Shown here one piece after another: positions 50,243 to 59,779 of a stretch of 64,000 nucleotides of DNA. The stretch is from Bythopirellula sp. (lineage in GTDB: Bacteria > Planctomycetota > Planctomycetia > Pirellulales > Lacipirellulaceae): positions 4,576,001-4,640,000 of the forward strand of contig OZ244170.1 in the NCBI GenBank assembly GCA_965216565.1, given 5' to 3'. How positions within the stretch are numbered: position 1 is the stretch's first letter; each line of letters opens with the position of its first letter. The translations under genes were made by a program, and so were the position numbers. The notes beneath the pieces are model-generated. The model ran no database searches, was not told the origin of the DNA, and worked only from the letters and a program-made list of their open reading frames with translations.

Positions 50243-50885
50243 GCTTCGCGTCCTCCTGTTGAATCAGAATCCCATGGAAGAAGACATTCAAAATGCTCTC
50301 GCACTGGCTGGCCAAGTTCGACTTGCGACCGGCGAAGTAGTTCGTGAACATCGTTCCGTAGAGCAGGTCGGTAATGACCTCGATGATTTGTTCGACGGGC
50401 TGGTCGCGCACGACTCCCTCATCAATCAATCCCCGAAACAATTCTCGCCACGGTCCCAGATTGGCCTCGCGATGAACGAAATAGGTCGGTTGCTTCCGGT
50501 CGCGGAAGTGGGCGCGTTCGTGGATCAGCAACTCGACGATTTCGGGATTCTTGTCGAAGAAAGTCAGGTAGCCACGAACTCCTTGGGCGATGCGCTCCAG
50601 TGGATGCTTAGCTTTCGTGGCCGCCGCGTCGACGGCTTGCTTGAGGTTTCGCATCCCGTGGTCCACCGCCGCGAGGAAGAGTTCTTCCTTGCTGGGGAAG
50701 TAGCGATAAACGGTTCCCTTGCCGACACCCGCTTTGTTGGCAATTTCCTGGACATCAGCCGCCGCGAACCCGTGTTCCGCGAAGACGGTCGTGGCAGCGT
50801 CGAGGATTTCCGCTCGCCGGCGTCCCTGAAGATCGGTATCGGGAGGGCGACCCACTGGGCGGGAATTTCTAAACACGACTGGCAT
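50232..50885 (-). CDS. TetR-family regulator
   Basis: ILDAATTVFAEHGF...GVGKGTVYRYFPSKEELF. Confidence 0.93.
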   Translation of the reverse strand: MPVVFRNSRPVGRPPDTDLQGRRRAEILDAATTVFAEHGFAAADVQEIANKAGVGKGTVYRYFPSKEELFLAAVDHGMRNLKQAVDAAATKAKHPLERIAQGVRGYLTFFDKNPEIVELLIHERAHFRDRKQPTYFVHREANLGPWRELFRGLIDEGVVRDQPVEQIIEVITDLLYGTMFTNYFAGRKSNLASQCESILNVFFHGILIQQEDAKHGK

Positions 50886-51164
50886 GGTCAGTAACCTCCT
50901 ATAACACTGGCTTATTAACGGACCGGTGCGTCCACTAACGGATTATTGTACTGGCTTTCCATCTTGCGTCAATCTCAGCTTCTTTGCGGCGGACCGATTG
51001 GGGAATTTTCAGCGGTAGATCGACCTGGACGGAACGCTCGGAAGCCATGAATGCGGTTCACAATCTCACAGGAGTTCGTGGCCACGGACGGGAATCGAGG
51101 GCAATGTAAATGCCATTGAGTCAAAACGAGAACTCATTCGTTATTGCCAGCGTATGTCATCGTT

Positions 51165-51390
51165 CGCAGCCACTCGCAAGGTACCAGCGGCACGCACTTG
51201 TACCATGCATTAGAAAAGGGACGACAAAGCGAGGGCAGCGGCTTGGGGCAGTAGTCGTCTCGACAACAAGACTTTGCAGGGCGCGGCAGAACCAAGTATG
51301 GTTTCGGACAATACTTGTCGGGACAGCAGCACGTAACCGGAGAGACGCAGGGTGCGGGTTTGCGGATGTAGTCGTTGGGGCAACACAATA
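51165..51390. repeat. Copy 1 of 226-bp direct repeat (Cys-rich coding fragment)
   Basis: Colinear and highly similar to 54338-54563. Confidence 0.9.
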
Positions 51391-51399
51391 GGGCACTCT

Positions 51400-51706
51400 T
51401 TGACATTTTCTGAGGTATGATGCCGGTACCGGCCGTCATCCACTGAGTCTCTCCAACCCCTATCGTCCCGTGGTTGCCGAGACTATCCACATGCTCTATT
51501 TCACCGGCAAGGACGGATGGTCGTCTCTATGCCTCGGTGTGGATGCCGCGGAAAGCCTTTGCTGTACTTTCTGGGGTCGTCGTTGTTCTTATCATCGAGC
51601 AACAAAAAAGGATCATACGGCGCAGTCTTTCCAAGTCCGAACCCGCGATGAAAATGAACTCCGATGCTCTCCACATGAAGCGCCACCTTGTTGATCGTTG
51701 AAACAT
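51400..51706 (-). pseudogene. Pirin-family N-terminal remnant, frameshifted and truncated
   Basis: DPFLLLDD...GFPRHPHRGIET in one frame, then DSLGNHGTIG..TQWMTAGTGI in another; fused to repeat copy 1. Confidence 0.85.
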
Positions 51707-52098
51707 TTGGCAGCTCTTTGGCTTTGGGCACTTCTGTCGCCTCTGAAGCTAGTTGGCTGGTGCTAAGCTCTGCAGCCAATGGAAATCCAGCGACCAATTG
51801 CGAGTGGAGCAAACTCCTTCGGTGTGAGGTGTGAGTTGACGCCGTCTGATTCCCGGAAGTCATCCATCACAGTTCCTTTCCGCCAGTAGTTCAATACTGA
51901 CCTTGACAAACAATCTGTTGCAACATACTTTATGCCAAGGTGGTTGATTGGTCGGTCCGAGTTTACGGAACATGAAAGGAAGTACTATTAGCAGCAGCAT
52001 CCGCGAATCACAGATCTAGCCATTGTTGTTTCGGGGAGCCGCGTCCGACCCATTTACCTGTTCTAACATCCACATTCACGTTTCGAGGGATTTGATTG

Positions 52099-52674
52099 AT
52101 GATCAACCGATCTATTCTTACAATTTTTCTGGCAATGCTTGCTTTTGGCAGTCAACCGGTGGTTGCACAATCAGCTGATTATGACCTGGATCCGTCACAC
52201 ACTTCACTGGTGTTCTCGACGAGCCATTTTGGCTACAGCTATACTTTTGGCCGTTTCAACAAATTGGCCGGTGCATTCCGCTTCGACAAAAACAACCCCT
52301 CTGCAAGCGCGTTTACCGTCGAAATCGACGCAGCTTCGCTTGATACCAATGACAAGAAACGCGATGAGCATTTACAGAGCCCAGATTTCTTCGATGTCCG
52401 CCAGTTTCCCAAGATCGCGTTTCAGACGACTAGCGTTACTGCGTCAGGGAAAGACTTAAAACTGACAGGCAATATGACACTACACGGTGTGACTAAGGAG
52501 GTCACTATTCCGCTGAAGTATCTTGGAGAAGGCAACGGTCCTTACGGGAAGTATCGATGTGGATTCTATTCAAACTTCAGAATCAAGCGTAGCGAGTTTG
52601 GCATGAAGGGGATGCTGGAGGCAATCGGAGATGACATCAATATTATATTTAGCTTTGAAGGTGTTCAACGGTAA
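52099..52674 (+). CDS. YceI-family protein
   Basis: Signal peptide; YDLDPSHTS, SLDTNDKKRDEHLQSPDFFD and GNMTLHGVTK motifs. Confidence 0.93.
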   Translation: MINRSILTIFLAMLAFGSQPVVAQSADYDLDPSHTSLVFSTSHFGYSYTFGRFNKLAGAFRFDKNNPSASAFTVEIDAASLDTNDKKRDEHLQSPDFFDVRQFPKIAFQTTSVTASGKDLKLTGNMTLHGVTKEVTIPLKYLGEGNGPYGKYRCGFYSNFRIKRSEFGMKGMLEAIGDDINIIFSFEGVQR

Positions 52675-53678
52675 TGGTATTTCCCGTCGAGTTGATTACC
52701 TTTGTTGGCCTGCCACTGATTGTTGGCTTGGCATTGGCGTTCAGCCTTCATAAGTTGCACATCCATATCGCCACTTCTGCAGCATGTTGGGTGGCTGTTG
52801 TACTAACTTACTGGCTACGATTCGCACTTGATGAAGCATCAGCGAATGGACAACCCTTGTTCGCGTCAGGCGGCGTAAGCGAGCCCGCGCTAGCAGCCGG
52901 GATGACGATACTCATTCCGACAACAGCGATTCAGTGGGTACCGTGGTGTGCAACGGCCCTCTTTATGCTCTATGGTCTCATGATGTTTTTCAGGGAGCGA
53001 ATCACAGCAGGGTTGCATAGAGAAGAAGGCAATTCTGCAAGGCACGATCTACGGTTCGTTCGTAAACAGGGGAATCTGCTCGGTTTCACCTTGGTGTTTT
53101 TAGTATTTGCTTTGGCAATCACCAGGATGCTTTGGACGAGCATCTATTTTACTGACAGTTACTCGCTGCCGCTCAAACTTGGGTTCGTTGCCATTCCGGC
53201 TTGTGTATTGGGAACTGGTTCGTATGGTTTCGCCGTGAGTTTGCCAATTCAGATGAGAGTCTCGAAGCAGGTCGTGATTCTTGCACTCGCGGTGTGCTCG
53301 TGCGGTATTCTTGCTACTTCTGGGACGCTGAAATATGCCATGCTGGGAGCAAGCGGCATCATCGCCGCATGCATTCCTCTTGCACTTGTTCGTCGAGCCT
53401 CAGCAAACTTGCCCGCCGAAGGGATGATTCTGTCGGCGGCAATTGGCTTGCCGCTAGTTCTTGGCTACTTTTTTGCGGAAGTGTCTAATGCAAGTATTGT
53501 GCTTTGCGGATTATCTTTTGTATGCACCGCGCTACTCAAGTATTGTCAATATCGAGGTTTGAAATCGGCAGCGTTTGCTCTTCTGTTATCAGTGCCTGCA
53601 CTCATTGCTCTATCTATTAGTGGGTACGGATTTTACATGGAAGTATTTGCTGAGCCGGTCAATCCTTACCGTAACTGA
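52674..53678 (+). CDS. Multi-pass membrane protein
   Basis: About 10 hydrophobic segments; TAATG coupling to yceI-like gene. Confidence 0.7.
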   Translation: MVFPVELITFVGLPLIVGLALAFSLHKLHIHIATSAACWVAVVLTYWLRFALDEASANGQPLFASGGVSEPALAAGMTILIPTTAIQWVPWCATALFMLYGLMMFFRERITAGLHREEGNSARHDLRFVRKQGNLLGFTLVFLVFALAITRMLWTSIYFTDSYSLPLKLGFVAIPACVLGTGSYGFAVSLPIQMRVSKQVVILALAVCSCGILATSGTLKYAMLGASGIIAACIPLALVRRASANLPAEGMILSAAIGLPLVLGYFFAEVSNASIVLCGLSFVCTALLKYCQYRGLKSAAFALLLSVPALIALSISGYGFYMEVFAEPVNPYRN

Positions 53679-53737
53679 ACGCCAATCTGTCAGCGTAGTC
53701 GGTTACTCCTCTATTCCGAATCTGCTATGATCCGATT

Positions 53738-54229
53738 ATGTCCAAAAAGAGTGCAAGAAAGTCAGGGCTCGCAGCCGAAATCGGCAAGAAGGGCTCCTTT
53801 GATACCCCAGAACAAGAGGCCTTTTTGAATTTGGCGAAGTCCTACGGCATGTTGGCAACGCAATTCAACCAATTCTTCAGGGAGCAGAATTTAACGGCAC
53901 CGCAATACAACGTTTTGCGCATCCTTCGAGGCCATGGAAATCCCGTTTCGGTCTACCAAATCGGTGACGAGATGATTACACGTCAATCTGACATGCCACG
54001 TTTGATCGAGCGACTGGAGGCTACCGGTCTCGTGACAAAAACACGCTGCGAGAACGATCGTCGAGTTATGTGGGTTAACCTTACCAAGACCGGCAAATCA
54101 TTACTAAAGAAGATCGATCAACCGCTAGGCGAGCTTCACCGTCAGCAATTGGGGCACCTGAACCCAGAGCAGCTAACTCAGCTAAGCCACTTACTCTCGT
54201 TGGCTCGTCATCCGAAGGATCGCGAGTAG
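53738..54229 (+). CDS. MarR-family regulator
   Basis: LTAPQYNVLRIL...RLIERLEATGLV...DRRV...LTKTG. Confidence 0.92.
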   Translation: MSKKSARKSGLAAEIGKKGSFDTPEQEAFLNLAKSYGMLATQFNQFFREQNLTAPQYNVLRILRGHGNPVSVYQIGDEMITRQSDMPRLIERLEATGLVTKTRCENDRRVMWVNLTKTGKSLLKKIDQPLGELHRQQLGHLNPEQLTQLSHLLSLARHPKDRE

Positions 54230-54306
54230 GACGGGAAGCACTCTCGACAATCCCAAGTAAGCTTAGGCCCTCGTCGTACCGCCCACGTGTAGCCAAGACT
54301 GAGTGA

Positions 54307-54741
54307 TCAGTCGGTCTTGCAGGTGCAATTCCCAGGCCGCAGCCAATGACACGGCACCAGCGGCACGCACTTGTACCATGCGTTAGAAAAGGGACGACAA
54401 AGCGAGGGCAGCGGCTTGGGGCAGTAATCGTCCCGACAACAAGACTTTGCAGGACACGGCAGTACCAAGTATCGCTTGGGACAATACTTGTCGGGACAGC
54501 AGCATGCAACCGGAGAGACGCAGGGTACGGGTTTGCAGATGTAATCGTTGGGGCAACATAATGGGAAATCGCCTACGCCGCCGTGAGTCTTACGCGGCCA
54601 AACCTCGCTTCCGCAAGAAATCTCCTCAGCCAAAACCCCAGCAGTCCCAGCTGCCAGGACAACTATGGCAAACAACCCTCCCAGGTACGCCGAAAGCTGT
54701 TGCACGCAAACTCTCATTCGTAAGTCGTATGCTAATCTCAC
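54307..54741 (-). CDS. Small secreted Cys-rich protein with CCxxxYxxK repeats
   Basis: Signal-like hydrophobic segment; CCPNDYICKP, CCPDKYCPKR and CCRDDYCPKP; overlaps the OMF stop. Confidence 0.6.
   Translation of the reverse strand: MRLAYDLRMRVCVQQLSAYLGGLFAIVVLAAGTAGVLAEEISCGSEVWPRKTHGGVGDFPLCCPNDYICKPVPCVSPVACCCPDKYCPKRYLVLPCPAKSCCRDDYCPKPLPSLCRPFSNAWYKCVPLVPCHWLRPGNCTCKTD
54338..54563. repeat. Copy 2 of 226-bp direct repeat
   Basis: Matches 51165-51390. Confidence 0.9.
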
Positions 54742-56369
54742 GGTTGCTCCAATTCTGGTTCTGGTAGTGGTGCAATTATCCCTTCGTGGGTGGGTAGTGT
54801 TACTGGGTCGTCAGGGAAATGGAACAACGGTTGCGAGGCTACCGAAGGGTCGAGTCGGATTTCCCAACCGCCACCCAGAGCCCGATACAGGTCGACCAGG
54901 CTTTGAGCAGCATTGCCCCGAGCGACCGCGAGCAATTCTTGCTGGCCAAGGAGCAACTGCTGAACGGTGAACAGGCGGTTAAAGTCGATCTCGCCCTCCC
55001 GGTACTTGATCTGGGCTACCCGCTCAGCTTGACGCGCCTGGCGGGCGCTTTCTTCCCGCACTCTCACCTGGTCCGTGAAGTGCAGATACGCAACGATCGC
55101 GTTTTCCGCTTCTTCATTGGCTTGCAGTATCGTCTGTTGGTAGTTCGCGACCAGTTGCTGGAATCTGGCATCCTGGATGCGAATGTTGTTCAACAGCCGA
55201 CCGTAATTGAGGACGTTCCACCGCAGAGACGGCCCAATAGCCCCTCCAAAGGCACTGCTCTTGAAGACGTCACTGAATTGACCGGCCTCCCAAGCCATTG
55301 TTCCATTAATCGAGATATGCGGGTACAGTTCGGATTGAGCGATCCCTATCTCCGCGCTCTTGGCCGCGACCAGTCGTTCGGCGCGACGCACATCGGGCCG
55401 TCGCCAAATCAATTCGGCAGGTACGCCCACGGCCACTTGATCCGAAGCGTGGGGAATCGGAGCTGGGCCGTCCAGAATGTACGTCAGATCATGCGGGGGC
55501 ATGCCCAGCAGCACCGCCAGCCGATTTTGAGTCTGTCGTCGTTGAATCTCAATGGCTTCAACAGCCGCCAAGGTATTTCCCAGATTCGCCTTGGCTTGCG
55601 GGGCATCCAGTTCGCTGTCGGCCGCTTTCGCGTCCATCCGAGCCTGAGCTACGCGAACGCTTTCCTCTTGAAGGACGGCATTTTCGCGAGCAACTTCGAG
55701 ACGCTGCTCCACCGCCCGCAGTTCCACGTATGTCGTAGCCACTTCTCCAATAAGTACGACGATCGCGTCATCGAATTCTTCAACTGAACTGTCCAGCCGA
55801 GCGTCGGCGGCCTCAATGGCACGGCGATAACGGCCCCAGAAGTCCAACTCCCAGGCGAGACTACTGCCCACTCTCCAATTGCTAAATTGCGGTGCCGCCA
55901 GATTTGCAAACGGTGAACCGGCAGGAATTGATGGGAACAGGGCCGTCTCCTGACTGCGATTCGTGCGCGTGTAATCGGCAATGACCTCCTGGACCTGTGG
56001 AAAGAGATTGCCTGCCACGACCCCGCGCTGGGCCTGGGCTTCTGCGACACGGAAACCAGCTTCGCGCAGCGTGATATTTTGCGAGTACGCTGTCTGCACA
56101 AGGCGGTTGAGCACCGGATCGTTGAAGACCGTCCACCAATTGCGGTAATCCCCTGGCTCGCTGGAAATCTGCGAATTTTGCGAGTCAATCCAATCGTCGG
56201 CCACCGGTGCGGCAGGCCGCTTGTAGTTGGGGCCGACTTTGAATCCGTTGTGAACGTATTCGCGCACGCTGGTGCAGCCCGTCGCAAAGATGAGCGTCAG
56301 AAACCACACCGGCGCGAGGGCAGCGACTCGCCATAAACTAAAAGACATCTTCCGGTCCTCCGTGACCAA
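54738..56369 (-). CDS. Outer membrane efflux factor (NodT/OprM-like lipoprotein)
   Basis: Lipobox ATGC; VGPNYKRP, WELDFWG, RRPDVRRAE and LYRALGGGW motifs. Confidence 0.93.
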   Translation of the reverse strand: MVTEDRKMSFSLWRVAALAPVWFLTLIFATGCTSVREYVHNGFKVGPNYKRPAAPVADDWIDSQNSQISSEPGDYRNWWTVFNDPVLNRLVQTAYSQNITLREAGFRVAEAQAQRGVVAGNLFPQVQEVIADYTRTNRSQETALFPSIPAGSPFANLAAPQFSNWRVGSSLAWELDFWGRYRRAIEAADARLDSSVEEFDDAIVVLIGEVATTYVELRAVEQRLEVARENAVLQEESVRVAQARMDAKAADSELDAPQAKANLGNTLAAVEAIEIQRRQTQNRLAVLLGMPPHDLTYILDGPAPIPHASDQVAVGVPAELIWRRPDVRRAERLVAAKSAEIGIAQSELYPHISINGTMAWEAGQFSDVFKSSAFGGAIGPSLRWNVLNYGRLLNNIRIQDARFQQLVANYQQTILQANEEAENAIVAYLHFTDQVRVREESARQARQAERVAQIKYREGEIDFNRLFTVQQLLLGQQELLAVARGNAAQSLVDLYRALGGGWEIRLDPSVASQPLFHFPDDPVTLPTHEGIIAPLPEPELEQP

Positions 56370-56572
56370 TCATTCTTCCCCCTGTCGCCCGCTTCGAAAT
56401 GGCTTGTGCGAGACGCGGGTAAATTTTCGGACCAGACAGTCCGCAAAATAGTTATCGACCAAATCCTCGCTCGCCTTGATGCATTCGGTGCGTTCGGCAC
56501 CACCCCAACGCCGCCAAGAGGGTTACAACGACTGTTTCGGTCTTGACGAGGCGACGATGCCAGGATATTATA

Positions 56573-56590
56573 TGACGGACCAGTCCGTCA
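56573..56590. promoter_or_regulatory. Palindromic TetR-type operator
   Basis: TGACGGAC-CA-GTCCGTCA in the divergent OMF/DUF1207 promoter region. Confidence 0.7.
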
Positions 56591-56633
56591 CTTATTATGA
56601 TTCTGTAGTGTGATCCGTGTGGAGTAGGGAAAA

Positions 56634-57710
56634 ATGGAATACAGGACGCAAGGGACAAACGTTCAAACCTTGATCAAGTTGTCAATTCTTCTAATGGTAC
56701 CGGGCATGACGTGGCGGGCAGCCGAGTCGTCCCCGCCGGAAGATGCGCAGCCCACTGATCGGTCCACGGTTACGTTTGCCGCTAGCAGTGCAAGCGTCTT
56801 TGCACCGACATCGCGCTATTCGCAGGAATCGCCGCTCAACGCACATACGCCATCCCCAGGGGGCATCGCTCTGGTAGACCCACACGGCACCCCACCCTCG
56901 GACGGCACACTTGATTCGCTATCCTGGTGTGCTGCCGACGGGGAGCCTTGGAGCCTTCAATTGCTGCCGGATGGGCTGATGTACCGCTCCTACCTGGCTG
57001 GTTCCCGCGAACCACGGTTCGGGTATGAATGGCTCTATGACACCAATCGCGAGAAATGGGTCAACGAGGTTGCCCTCGGCGGCCGGATGGGTGTCCTGCG
57101 GTTCGGAAACCGTGACCCGCAATCACTGCAAGGCTGGCAGCTTGACATCGAAGGAGCAGCATTCCCTCGTCTGGCTGCTGGGAGTCTGGACCTTGTTGCA
57201 GCCGACTTCCGCTTCGGCATCCCATTGACTTTGCGTCGGGGCCCCTACCAAGCCAAACTCGCCTTCTATCACCTGAGTTCACACGCTGGGGACGAGTTCC
57301 TCCTCAACGCTCCCCCCGACTTTAACCGGATCAACTTCAGCCGCAATGCGCTCGTTCTGGGCACTGGCTACTATCCCCATCCTGACTTTCGACTGTATAC
57401 AGAGGTCGGGTTCGGGCTTCTCAACGATGGGGGCAATCAGCCGTGGGAGTTCCAATTCGGGGCCGAGTATCGTCCGTCCCAGCCCACCGGCCTGTGGGGC
57501 GCGCCATTCTGGGCCGTCAATGCCCACCTGCGGGAGGAAGTAGATTTTGGTGGGAGCATCACTGCCGAAGCGGGGTGGGCCTGGCGAGGTCTGAACTCCG
57601 GCCACTTGTTTCGGGCCGGCTTCCAATACTTCAACGGCCATACGCGCCAATTTGAGTTTTTGGGGCGCACCGAGGAGTTGGTCGGGATGGGCATCTGGTC
57701 CGATTTTTGA
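56634..57710 (+). CDS. DUF1207-like outer membrane protein
   Basis: LLPDGLMYRSYLAG, ADFRFGIP and YHLSSHAGDE motifs; C-terminal Phe. Confidence 0.75.
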   Translation: MEYRTQGTNVQTLIKLSILLMVPGMTWRAAESSPPEDAQPTDRSTVTFAASSASVFAPTSRYSQESPLNAHTPSPGGIALVDPHGTPPSDGTLDSLSWCAADGEPWSLQLLPDGLMYRSYLAGSREPRFGYEWLYDTNREKWVNEVALGGRMGVLRFGNRDPQSLQGWQLDIEGAAFPRLAAGSLDLVAADFRFGIPLTLRRGPYQAKLAFYHLSSHAGDEFLLNAPPDFNRINFSRNALVLGTGYYPHPDFRLYTEVGFGLLNDGGNQPWEFQFGAEYRPSQPTGLWGAPFWAVNAHLREEVDFGGSITAEAGWAWRGLNSGHLFRAGFQYFNGHTRQFEFLGRTEELVGMGIWSDF

Positions 57711-57773
57711 CGGACCAGTCCGTCTTGAAATACCGCCCTACCCATGCTATTTTGTTGACGGACTAGTCAGTCA
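57708..57773. promoter_or_regulatory. Two TetR-type operator copies flanking a promoter
   Basis: TGACGGACCAGTCCGTCT (57708-57725) and TGACGGACTAGTCAGTCA (57756-57773). Confidence 0.7.
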
Positions 57774-57782
57774 GGAGATTTC

Positions 57783-58433
57783 ATGAATGCCAGCCAGAAC
57801 AGCCGCAGACGCCCCGTTGACAAGGAACTATGGGACCGCCGGAGCGACAAAATCCTCGACGTGGCAGCCACGCTCTTTGCGGAGCGTGGCTACGCCGGAG
57901 CCGACACCCAAGAGTTGGCTGATCGCGTCGGCGTCGGAAAAGGGACGCTGTATCGGTACTTTCCCAGCAAGAGGGATCTGTTTCTGGCAGCGGCCGACCG
58001 TGCGATGCGGCGACTCCGCGAGTACCTCGACGCGGCAGTAGCCGCTCGCGACGATCCTCTGGGGCAGATTGCCGCAGCGATTGAGGCCTTCCTCGGGTTC
58101 TTCGACGAACACCCTGAATTCGCCGAACTCCTGATCCAGGAACGCGCTCTGTTCCGTGATCGCAAAAAACTCACCTATATCGAGCACCGCGAGAAAAACC
58201 TTGGGCGATGGCAGCAGCTGTACCAAGCTCTCATTGAAGCGGGGCGGGTGCGCGCCATGCCAGTTCATCGCATCACATCGGTCATCAGCGACCTTGTTTA
58301 CGGAACCATGTTCACAAACCATGTCGCCGGCCGACAGAAAGCCTTGCGCGAGCAGGCCAACGACATTGTCGATATCGTCTTCTGCGGGATTCTCTCTGAT
58401 TCCGAGCGAAGACGCCGAGAGGAGAACGAATGA
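57783..58433 (+). CDS. TetR-family regulator (paralog of 50232-50885)
   Basis: GVGKGTLYRYFPSK; shares ERALFRDR and DLVYGTMFTN segments with the other TetR. Confidence 0.93.
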   Translation: MNASQNSRRRPVDKELWDRRSDKILDVAATLFAERGYAGADTQELADRVGVGKGTLYRYFPSKRDLFLAAADRAMRRLREYLDAAVAARDDPLGQIAAAIEAFLGFFDEHPEFAELLIQERALFRDRKKLTYIEHREKNLGRWQQLYQALIEAGRVRAMPVHRITSVISDLVYGTMFTNHVAGRQKALREQANDIVDIVFCGILSDSERRRREENE

Positions 58434-59716
58434 GCCGAAACTTTAGGACACTCTCGCCGATCATTCGCCGAACAGCCAACGACGTTAGGAGCGACCCCAT
58501 CAATATGGCTGGTCGGAGCTGGCCCGGCCGCCTTTGGTCGGCCGTGTTGTTGGCAGGCGCAGTATTTGGCTTCGCGGGATGCAAGGGCGAAGACCAAGCG
58601 GGTCCTGCGGCAATCGCGCCACCGCCGCCAAAGGTGCTCGTGAGCCATCCGGTCGAGCGTCCGTTGGCCGAGACACGCGAATACACAGGGCATCTCGAAG
58701 CTGTCGAGACGGTCTCTATTCGGGCGCGGGTGCGCGGTGTACTACAAGAAATCCACTTCGAGGAAGGAGCCGAAGTGAAACAGGGGGCACTGCTCTACGA
58801 ACTTGATCCCAGGGAGTATCAGGCGGCGGTCGACGAAAAGCTAGCAGAGATTGCACGCTTCGAACAGGAGTTACAACTCGCCCAGTCCGAAGCAAAACGC
58901 TCGTCGGAACTGTTTGCTCAGAACGCGACATCGAAAGAGACTTGGGAATCGAAACAGACCAAATTGGCGGTCACTAAGGCGGAGTTGCAAAAAGCCCGCG
59001 CCACATTCAAGCAGGCGGAACTCAGTTTGAGTTACACGAAAATCCATGCGCCCATTTCAGGTCGTGTCGGGCGTACGCTCATGACGATGGGCAACCTGGT
59101 CGGTTACAACGAACCGACACTGTTGACAACCATCGTTAGGATGGATCCGATTTATGTCCATTTCGAAATTCCGGAGCGCGATCTGCTCCAATTAGAGCAG
59201 ACGGATCAGGTACAGTCTCCGTCGTGGTCGCTGGTGCAGGCGCAGCTCTCCATCGGTCTGGAAACGGAATCGGGCTATCCTCACGCTGGAGTAATCAACT
59301 TCCGGGATAACCACGTCGAATCTGAAACGGGAACCGTTCTCGTTCGCGGGATGTTGCCCAATCCGGACAGAAAGTTGGTTCCAGGGTTATTCACCCGCAT
59401 CCAGATTCCAGTCGGTCCGCCCAAGCCACGGTTGCTCATCCCCGAAACTTCGCTCGCCGCCGACCAACGTGGTCGCTATGTGCTTGTCGTCAAGACCGAC
59501 AACACCGTTGAGCAGCGACCAGTCCACATCGAGGTAAATCTGGAACACAGGGGTTTCTTACCGATTCGCGAAGGGTTGACCGCCAAGGATCGGGTCATTG
59601 TGAGCGGCCTTCAAAAAGCCCGTCCTGGGGCCAAAGTCGCTCCCCAACTTGTCGAGCCGGATCAAGTCGTATCTGTGGCGGGCACACCGTTGCAGAAGCC
59701 ATCGGAGCGCAAGTAA
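58430..59716 (+). CDS. RND periplasmic adaptor (AcrA/MexE-like)
   Basis: Lipobox-like FAGC; IRARVRG, IHAPISGRVG and TGTVLVRG motifs. Confidence 0.92.
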   Translation: MSRNFRTLSPIIRRTANDVRSDPINMAGRSWPGRLWSAVLLAGAVFGFAGCKGEDQAGPAAIAPPPPKVLVSHPVERPLAETREYTGHLEAVETVSIRARVRGVLQEIHFEEGAEVKQGALLYELDPREYQAAVDEKLAEIARFEQELQLAQSEAKRSSELFAQNATSKETWESKQTKLAVTKAELQKARATFKQAELSLSYTKIHAPISGRVGRTLMTMGNLVGYNEPTLLTTIVRMDPIYVHFEIPERDLLQLEQTDQVQSPSWSLVQAQLSIGLETESGYPHAGVINFRDNHVESETGTVLVRGMLPNPDRKLVPGLFTRIQIPVGPPKPRLLIPETSLAADQRGRYVLVVKTDNTVEQRPVHIEVNLEHRGFLPIREGLTAKDRVIVSGLQKARPGAKVAPQLVEPDQVVSVAGTPLQKPSERK

Positions 59717-59779
59717 CACCGTTGCGCATCGGCGCTGCATTGAACCACCCTAGTGCGGGCTAAAGAGGTTTAGCATTCC

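Noticed and set aside
49971..55787. Long plus-strand ORFs 49971-50894 and 54819-55787
   Set aside because: Antisense shadows of the TetR/MFP and OMF genes
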